Origin: Eledone cirrhosa
Taxonomy: Eukaryota
Assembly: GCA_964016885.1 (NCBI GenBank)
Contig: OZ024741.1
Location: 381,362,001-381,426,000, forward strand
Direction of reading: 5' to 3'
DNA: 64,000 nucleotides
A model generated the notes under the pieces. The model searched no databases. It saw nothing but the letters and a program-made list of their open reading frames with translations, and was not told the DNA's origin. The position numbers were made by a program, and so were the translations under genes. Each line of letters begins with the position of its first letter. Within the stretch, counting starts at the first letter, position 1. Of the stretch, positions 57,051 to 64,000 are shown in pieces.

Positions 57051-58299
57051 ATTGCTATCGTTTATGTGTGTGCGCGTGTGTGTATATATATATGTATATT
57101 ATTATTGTTGTTGTTCTCATTATTATTATTGTTGTTATTATTTTTTTCTCGTGCAATGGTCATACTCGATAACGAGGGAGCAGCCATCATCATGTATTTA
57201 TGCATGTATGTATTTATATATGTATGTATACATGTATGATATATGAAGACACGTGGCTCATTGGTTAGTGGTTTAGAATCATATATTTGTGACTTCGATA
57301 CCCGGTCCAGGCAAACACATTATTTCACATTATTTCACGTTATTTCAGTTCACTCAGTTACAGAATTGAATTGTGACGTACACACACACATACATATAAA
57401 TCACGAAGTAAATCATATAAATATACGTCACATGAATGCAGATTACATGAAGCAAGATGATTGGAGTAATTTATTTGTTTTATGTGAGTTACTATTTTGC
57501 CATTTTTTTAAAGGAGATTCAACATGGAAATTATTCATCTATGCAGCCAAGCGGCAGTTGGTGAATAATGCTGGGTACAGCCTACTAACATTACATATTT
57601 CGGTATGCGTCAGACACCAACAGAGTTAGTTGTATTTCTGTACAACTTTCATTTACGAAAAGGACATTCCTGCAGTTTTAAATGTTTAATTTGGTTGCTA
57701 ATGACAACTTATTATTAATTGTCTGAGAAGGTCTTCTTAAATCGGAAGTAGAATTTTGTTTTCATTCTCCTATAGAGAAAAAAAAGTTCAAATAGTAAAG
57801 AACGTTTATGACTGTTATTCTGAACATAGGCCTATGATTTAATCATCCAAACTCTCGCCATTGTCACTTAGCTCTTTTATTTTGAATTATGCCCAATAGA
57901 ATTGGGTAAAATTATCCATGTCAGCTTTTCAATTCATATCTTTTTATCTCAACCATTTGATAGCATGTTTAGTTATTATATGCTACGAAACATATTGATG
58001 GTTGTCAGTTACTTACAAAGATGACATATTACATAAATGAAATTTGAGATTAATTCTTCAATTCATCCCCCCATGCCTTTGAGCGTAATTAATTTTCTTC
58101 CATCTTCTCGAAGAAAGAAAGACTACTCAATTAAGATCTTTTAGCATACGCAATGCAGTACCTAGTAATGAAACAGTAAACATAAAAAGACTACAACACG
58201 TGATTGAGACGCAGTAGGACTATAATAAGAGTGTGTCTTGGCCATTTTCAGCATGGCATAGAGAAAGAGACAGATAAATTGATAAAGCGAGATAGAGGA

Positions 58300-58445
58300 A
58301 CATTGACCCATTACTCGAGTGGTCGTTATTTAAACAACATCGAAACGATGAAAGGTAAAGTTGACCTCGGCTTGATTTGAATTCAAAACACCAAGAGACA
58401 TAATTAAATGATGCAAAGCATTTTGTTCGATGCTTTAATTCTATC
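58300..58445 (-). mobile_element. Degenerate SINE
   Basis: GATGAAAGGTAAAGTTGACCTCGGCTTGATTTGAA matches the SINE core. Confidence 0.6.
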
Positions 58446-59789
58446 GTGATTGTTACTGCCGAAAGGCAGAAGACACATTTGTATCAGATTATAAATAAAT
58501 ACACCAGATCCATAATTGTAGCAATTTAAAATCGTGGAAGATTTGAAAACAACCTACACATTTCAGATATTCAAGTTAAAATGCAAATGTTTCCTCATCG
58601 GTATGAGTAGAGTTGTCACATTTCCATATAACTATTCATTAACAATTCAAGCTATCTTGCAAGTATATATGACTTTATGTATGTATGTATATATGTATTT
58701 ATGTGTATATCTATATATATATATAAAGGGAAGATGGACATTGTTTGGTGTTCCGAACTTGCATGCTACACCGTTCATCCAATTTTCATGAAACCTCACA
58801 CATATATAAAACTCAACGCGTAGAGTGGAATAGGCTACTTGAAATTTTCGAAAAATCGATAATCGGACCCTATGACAGAATGATTTTCGATTCCAATGAA
58901 ATGTTACGTGAATTTGAACACAAGAACTCTTAGTTTACATCTGGCGCAATAAAAATAAATTTCATATGCCCATATAAGGACGTGCGTTATTGATTGGACG
59001 GCCAGCTGCATGTCTTCCCAGCTGTCTCAGTAAACGACCGACCATTAAAGAGTTTATCTTTTCATATTCCACCTTATTCAAGTGGAAATACAGTATTATC
59101 CCTATCTGAAAAGGGAACCAAATTTAATGGTGTCTTTTGTGATGCTAAAAGCTGTCAGTAAATTTTCAAACAGTCTTAAATAATCATGCTTTTTGAAAAA
59201 AAAAATTACTAAATAATACTTTGACCAAGTTGTATTGTACACATACAAAGTTGTAAAAAATGTTACGTCCGTACCAATGTTTTCCTTTTTTAAACAAAAG
59301 ATTCTAAAAAATTACTTAATTTATAATACAGTCTTTTGCACAGGAAGTGAGTAACTTTTCGGGTGTTTAAACGTAAGTTCACCAGGGTTTGTGTCTTCAT
59401 TATTAGCCTACCTCTAATGGCATTTTTTGTTCTGCTTACAACTAAATGTTATGAGCGTATTTGCAATTAATTGCACACATGTGCACACCTACATGCAGAT
59501 AGACACTGACAGCCAATACAAAAATCGATAACTTGCTTATTAAGATATCGGTCAAAAAGAGAGATTGAATGTACTTTAGAACATTTTTTGAATATATTGT
59601 TCTTTTTGGCATGATATGTCAGAAATATAGCTACTATACACTTTGGTTATTTTTTGTAACTAAAAAACGGTTCCTTTTGGGTAGATACTTAACGAGAAAA
59701 ATCCTAGAGTTTTGGACAAGTTTGTTTCAGGTGCTGTATAGACGCCTATTTTGTCACACCTTGGTCATGAATTCGTATTATTTTCCAAT

Positions 59790-60047
59790 AGATATTTTCC
59801 GCTCTATAAGGCTCACCAGGATATAAGGCGTATCATTTAAAATCAGGTCCGCGCAACGGCGTGTAAGGCCAACCAGGAAAATGCTATCTTCTTTACTTTT
59901 AGTCTAGATCTATTGCTCCTGTTAGAGCCGTGATTGATTACCATTGTATTATTTATACATAAGGCTCACCGGAGTATAAAGCGCAGAGCTGTTTTTTGAT
60001 TAAATTTAATTATTTTAAGTAAAATATATAGGCCGGAAAATTCGGTA
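59790..60047. mobile_element. MITE-like DNA transposon remnant nested in the Helitron
   Basis: Imperfect TIRs ATTTTCCGCTCTATA / TATAGGCCGGAAAAT, and twice-repeated ATAAGGCTCACC..TATAARGCG. Confidence 0.5.
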
Positions 60048-60161
60048 AGTTATTATTTCCAAACCTTCCCATTCACCAGTAACCATGCTAACACATCTGG
60101 TGTCATCTCTCTCTGTATTGAATCACCTCTCTCTAACCTAACAGCTTCGTTACACGTCGTT

Positions 60162-60720
60162 ATGCCCACACGGAAACGTTCAAGACTTACCTCCAAAAAA
60201 GGTACAGCTACTGCTTTGAGACAACGAATTAGGCGTTCTCAGGTATGAGTTCATTCACAATGATTAATCCTTTATGCAATATTCTCCCTTAATGTTAGCA
60301 AGTACTGCGTTTATCCTAACTGTCACCACTTTTAAGCAACTACAACATTCTAATCGTAGTTATATTAAATGTATTGTCTTACCTTGATTCCCTTTTGTTC
60401 ATGTTAGACTTTTCTCATTTACTATTGCCACTGCCATTGGCTTAGCTAACCAGTAGAATTAATTAATTTTCTCTAGGAAACACCTGCTGAGCGCGAATCT
60501 CGACTCGCTGACAGACGTCTTTCCCGGCTGGTTGAGTCACCAACATGACGTACGACAAGGCTTGCTGATGTTCGCCTTCGTCGCCAACAAGCACTGACGG
60601 AGGAATCACCAACATCCCGTCAGACGAGGCTTGAGGCTGTGGCAAAGGGCAATAACCCTAGATACAATTTTGATCAACTTTTTTTCACCTATAGCAAATT
60701 TACCGGGACAGGTTTTTAGC
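60162..60720 (+). pseudogene. Two-exon Helitron N-terminal ORF remnant (60162-60242, 60477-~60720)
   Basis: MPTRKRSRL.. resembles MPPKKRSRL at 43084. Donor CAG|GTATGA, branch GCTAAC, acceptor TTTTCTCTAG, phase 0. Exon 2 ETPAERESRL..ESPT*RTTRL..ESPTSRQTRL. Confidence 0.6.
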
Positions 60721-61357
60721 TACTCTAATCTACTTCAGAGATCACGCATTGATGTAAAAAATCAATAAAACTGAAGCGGGGCTCGACTTTGCGCAAAAAA
60801 ACAAGGCAAAGTTACACATGAGAAAACTTTTTACAGGAACGTCCTATATTCTTGAAAACTGCCACACAAGACTCGCCATTATGCTGCGGTTAAGATAAAG
60901 GCCCTTTTAATTCTTCTTCTGCACATGTGAGCGCAAAAATTGTAAAAAAAAAAAACCTGAAAGTAATCGACATTTTCACCCTGCTTTAGATTAACTGAAC
61001 ATTCAATATCAAGCGATATTGACTTCCGTCAGTCGTGCAGAGAACAATTTCAACGATACACTGTGTAACTACAATTAATTAATTACACACCTGTGTCTAC
61101 TAACCGATTTTTTTTCATTGAAGTTCGAAGTTTTGAACCTGTGATGCGCGGGAAGTAACTTTCACACATTCTAACATACCAAATGTCGACTTACAGCCGG
61201 GCAACGCCGGGTACTTGTGCTGGTGTTTGTATAAATGCATGTATGTATGAATATAATTATATATATATATGTAAAAGGTAAAGACAAATAACAAAACAAT
61301 CAGTACAGTATATGGAAGGGATATATTAGGTTAACGCTTGATGTAGCAGCAAGAGGG

Positions 61358-61393
61358 TCTTAACGTTTCGGACGCTAGTCCTTCATCAGAAGA
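61358..61393 (-). ncRNA. Minimal type I hammerhead ribozyme (family C)
   Basis: Minus strand: TCTT-CTGATGA-A-GGAC-TAGC-GTCC-GAAA-CG-TT-AAGA. Palindromic AACGTT. Confidence 0.8.
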
Positions 61394-61599
61394 AAGAATG
61401 AGTAATAAGATAGATTGAGGAGACGGGCGTATATATATATATGAATGTGTGTATGCATGCATCTATGAATGTGTGTATATATGTATGTTCGTATCTATTT
61501 ATGTCTGTGTGCATTTATGCATGTATTTATGCACGTATGTATAATTGCTTAACTTACGGAGATTGTTTATCTCGGTCACAACCTATAGCCAAATAGCAA

Positions 61600-62140
61600 T
61601 GGAATGGTTGCTGCGCAATATCGAATCGCACTAGGTTGTGCAGCTTTCAACAGGAACAAGGAGGTACTAACATAAAAACGAGTTTATTTGAAGGCTAAGG
61701 TTTTTGATACTTACATGCTATTAGTTGAGTTATGTGGTCTTCACTGTGTTAATGGGACGACAAGGTCACTTCAGAAGCGCTCTACATTCAAGAACCACAT
61801 CATCAGACTTATGATTGGCAAGCGGCTCAGCCAACGTATCTCTATCAGTGAGCTGCTCAACATTACCAAACTTAGACCAATTACATCAATTGTCAAGTCA
61901 AGAGTACTTAAGCTATACGGCCATATAAAATAATCAACTTGTGGTGTGAGTAGGTTATGCCTGGAAGGAAGATTGACTGGTAAGAGAAGCAGAAGCTGGC
62001 AGCCAAAACGACGTCTTGACAATGTCAACTTATGGACTGGACTTGATCTTTGCTCCATGAACTCTACTGTTGATGACCGAACTTTGTGGCGAGAGGTATC
62101 ACATGTTAATGCGCAGTCTGAAACTGGGGGAGATTAGCGT
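61600..62140 (+). mobile_element. LINE (RTE-like) 3' remnant
   Basis: KAKVFDTY, RISISELL, VKSRVLKLYGHI and CLEGRLTGKRSRSWQPKRRLDNV. Confidence 0.7.
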
Positions 62141-62393
62141 CAAAAGATGTATTTACGCATATATATATATATATATGTATATATATATTGTTATAATTGG
62201 GGAGGATCATGTTTGTGTAATATTGCCAGAATTAATAACAGAACACACTCACTGTTTGGTTGGTTTTCGCTTTTCGCTTCTGTGTCTTTTATATCGGTAA
62301 TCTAATTTATTCGGTCCTCAATGTTGCCATTGACTGACCGACAGTCAAAAATAATACAGATACAATATAGACACAAACACATATATATAGTTT

Positions 62394-62435
62394 ATCAAAG
62401 TTCTTTCGTTGCACATCTGCAACATCGTCAGTGAT
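62394..62435 (-). ncRNA. Minimal type I hammerhead ribozyme
   Basis: Minus strand: ATCA-CTGACGA-T-GTTGCA-GATG-TGCAAC-GAAA-GAAC-TT-TGAT. Confidence 0.72.
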
Positions 62436-62535
62436 GCTATTGTTTCCTCCCGTTACATTGTATGTCTACGCCGTTTTTATTTAGTCTAAAATAAAAATCG
62501 CGTAGACATACAATGTAACGTGAGGAAACAATAGC

Positions 62536-62577
62536 ACCACTGATGATGTTGCAGATGTGCAACGAAAGAACTTTGAT
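62536..62577 (+). ncRNA. Minimal type I hammerhead ribozyme (mirror copy, one stem I mismatch)
   Basis: ACCA-CTGATGA-T-GTTGCA-GATG-TGCAAC-GAAA-GAAC-TT-TGAT. Confidence 0.65.
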
Positions 62578-62872
62578 AAACTATATATATATGTGTTTGT
62601 GTCTATATTGTATCTGTATTATTTTTGACCGTCGGTCAGTCAATGGCAACATTGAGGACCGAATAAATTAGATTACCGATATAAAAGACACAGAAGCGAA
62701 AAGCGAAAACCAACCAAACAGTGAGTTTGTTCTGTTATTAATTCTGGCAATATTACACAAATATGACCCTCCCCAAGTATAACATTATTTGTTTCGACAC
62801 ACGATTTCATATAATAAACCTCGCAAATCTAATTCATCGCCGTTATGTATATATATATATATATTTCATCTG

Positions 62873-62939
<67 letters not shown>

Positions 62940-62940
<1 letters not shown>

Positions 62941-63290
62941 CAGATGAAATCGAAAATGCAACTGGAGTCTTATTTTTTGAAAAAAAATATATATTTATTT
63001 GGTTCCTTTAGGGTTTCGCAGTTCTTCTGCTTTTCAAAAGGTGAGTTTAGATGGAGGGTCTGTGGTTTTTCTCACATCTGATGTGAGAAAAACCACACAC
63101 CCTCCATCTCAACTCACCTTTTGAAAAGCAGAAGAACTGCGAAACCGGTAAAGGAACCAAATAAATATTTTTTTTTTTTCAAAAAATAAGACTCCAGTTG
63201 CATTTTCGATTTCATCTCTTTTTCTTTATACTTTCACTCGTGTAGGACACCTCGGTTATTTTTCATTTTGTTAAAAAAACCCTCACTTTC
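62940..63290. mobile_element. Second pLTR-like fold-back (~140 bp arms, 62940-63218, centre 63079) between (TA)n tracts
   Basis: Near-perfect palindrome centred on CACATC-T-GATGTG. HHR in each arm. Confidence 0.85.
63117..63154 (+). ncRNA. Minimal type I hammerhead ribozyme with U3-A8 core (mirror copy 63005-63041 minus, mutated stem III)
   Basis: CCTT-TTGAAAA-GCAG-AAGAA-CTGC-GAAA-CCGG-TA-AAGG. Confidence 0.8.
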
Positions 63291-63330
63291 TAATATATAT
63301 ATATATATATATATACATATATGTGTGTGT

Positions 63331-63375
<45 letters not shown>

Positions 63376-64000
63376 TGTGTGTGTGTGTGTGTGTGTGTGT
63401 ATGTAAAAGATAAACAGAAATGGAAGGGATATATTAGGTTAACGCTTGTTATAGCAGGAAGAGGGTCTTAAATTTTCGGACGCTAGTTCTTTATCAGAAG
63501 TAAGATAGATTGAGGTGACGGGCGGGATGGAATCGCATAAAATGTCTTTAGATAAAAATAACAGATCCATTCATGTTGAGATAATATATATATATATGCG
63601 TGTTTGTGTGTGTGCGTGTGTGTGTGTAAATCAAGAAACATCAGAAGATATCAATTTGAATTAATGATGCCAATGCTCTCAATAAATTGAAATGTGTTAA
63701 GGTAACCGTTGAGGTAAGCCGTAGATGTAGATCATGTACCACTCATCTAGGCCGGAGGCGAATTTGAACAGAAAAACCTATGAGCTGTCTGAATTACTCT
63801 AAACTACCTCGGTGGGCACTCCCCCATTTCAAACTGCACAAATATTTCAGATGGGTGTCATAACCCATATTTGATATTCTCTAAGTAATGGCTTTTCTTT
63901 ATATTTTGTGGGTGTTTTAAGTCTTACCCTTTATTTACAAAATAAACTGCACAAAATAAGATTTAGAACTACACAAACAAGGGTTAACTATATGTTAAAA

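Larger units (their letters stand above)
58710..61223 (+). mobile_element. Non-autonomous (internally deleted) Helitron, ~2.5 kb
   Basis: 5' A|TCTATATATATAAAG with subterminal CCGTTCATCCAATTTTCATGAAAC. 3' CCGG-GCAACG-CCGG hairpin then CTGG|T. RepHel-like N-terminal exons inside. Confidence 0.7.
62208..62835. mobile_element. pLTR-only fold-back: ~275 bp inverted arms (62208-62765, centre ~62484) plus tail homologous to 35645-35730
   Basis: Near-perfect palindrome with one HHR per arm. Tail ATGACCCTCCC.AAGTATAACA..TTTCRACACACG is shared with the PLE at 35644. Confidence 0.85.

Noticed and set aside
57250-57312. tRNA-like A/B boxes (GTGGCTCATTGGTTAG..CTTCGATACCCGG)
   Set aside because: No cloverleaf. 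This is a decayed SINE head, not a tRNA gene.

Overview
AT-rich, microsatellite-dense eukaryotic DNA. The repeat style and SINE family suggest an invertebrate such as an octopus (inference only). No host protein-coding gene can be supported, and most short ORFs in the track are (TA)n/(CA)n artefacts. The window is a nest of transposons: Penelope-like elements (PLEs), LINE remnants (L1/Tx1, RTE, R4-like), a decayed autonomous Helitron, two non-autonomous Helitrons and tRNA-derived SINEs. The PLEs include an open 709-aa RT+GIY-YIG element of the Naiad type with direct pseudo-LTRs, and a second element with 1.8-1.9 kb inverted pLTRs. The most notable signal is invisible to the ORF track. By hand-folding I find about 16 type I hammerhead ribozyme (HHR) motifs from about 9 sequence families, including core variants (CAGAAGA in 4/4 copies of one family; a compensatory U3-A8 pair in another). 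Several sit in small non-coding 450-480 nt units that occur as slightly-more-than-unit-length, circularly permuted or fold-back copies in (TA)n tracts. These are candidate retrozyme/circular-RNA parasites of the PLE machinery, one carrying an ATGCAAAT octamer. All coordinates and folds were read by eye and nothing was searched against databases.
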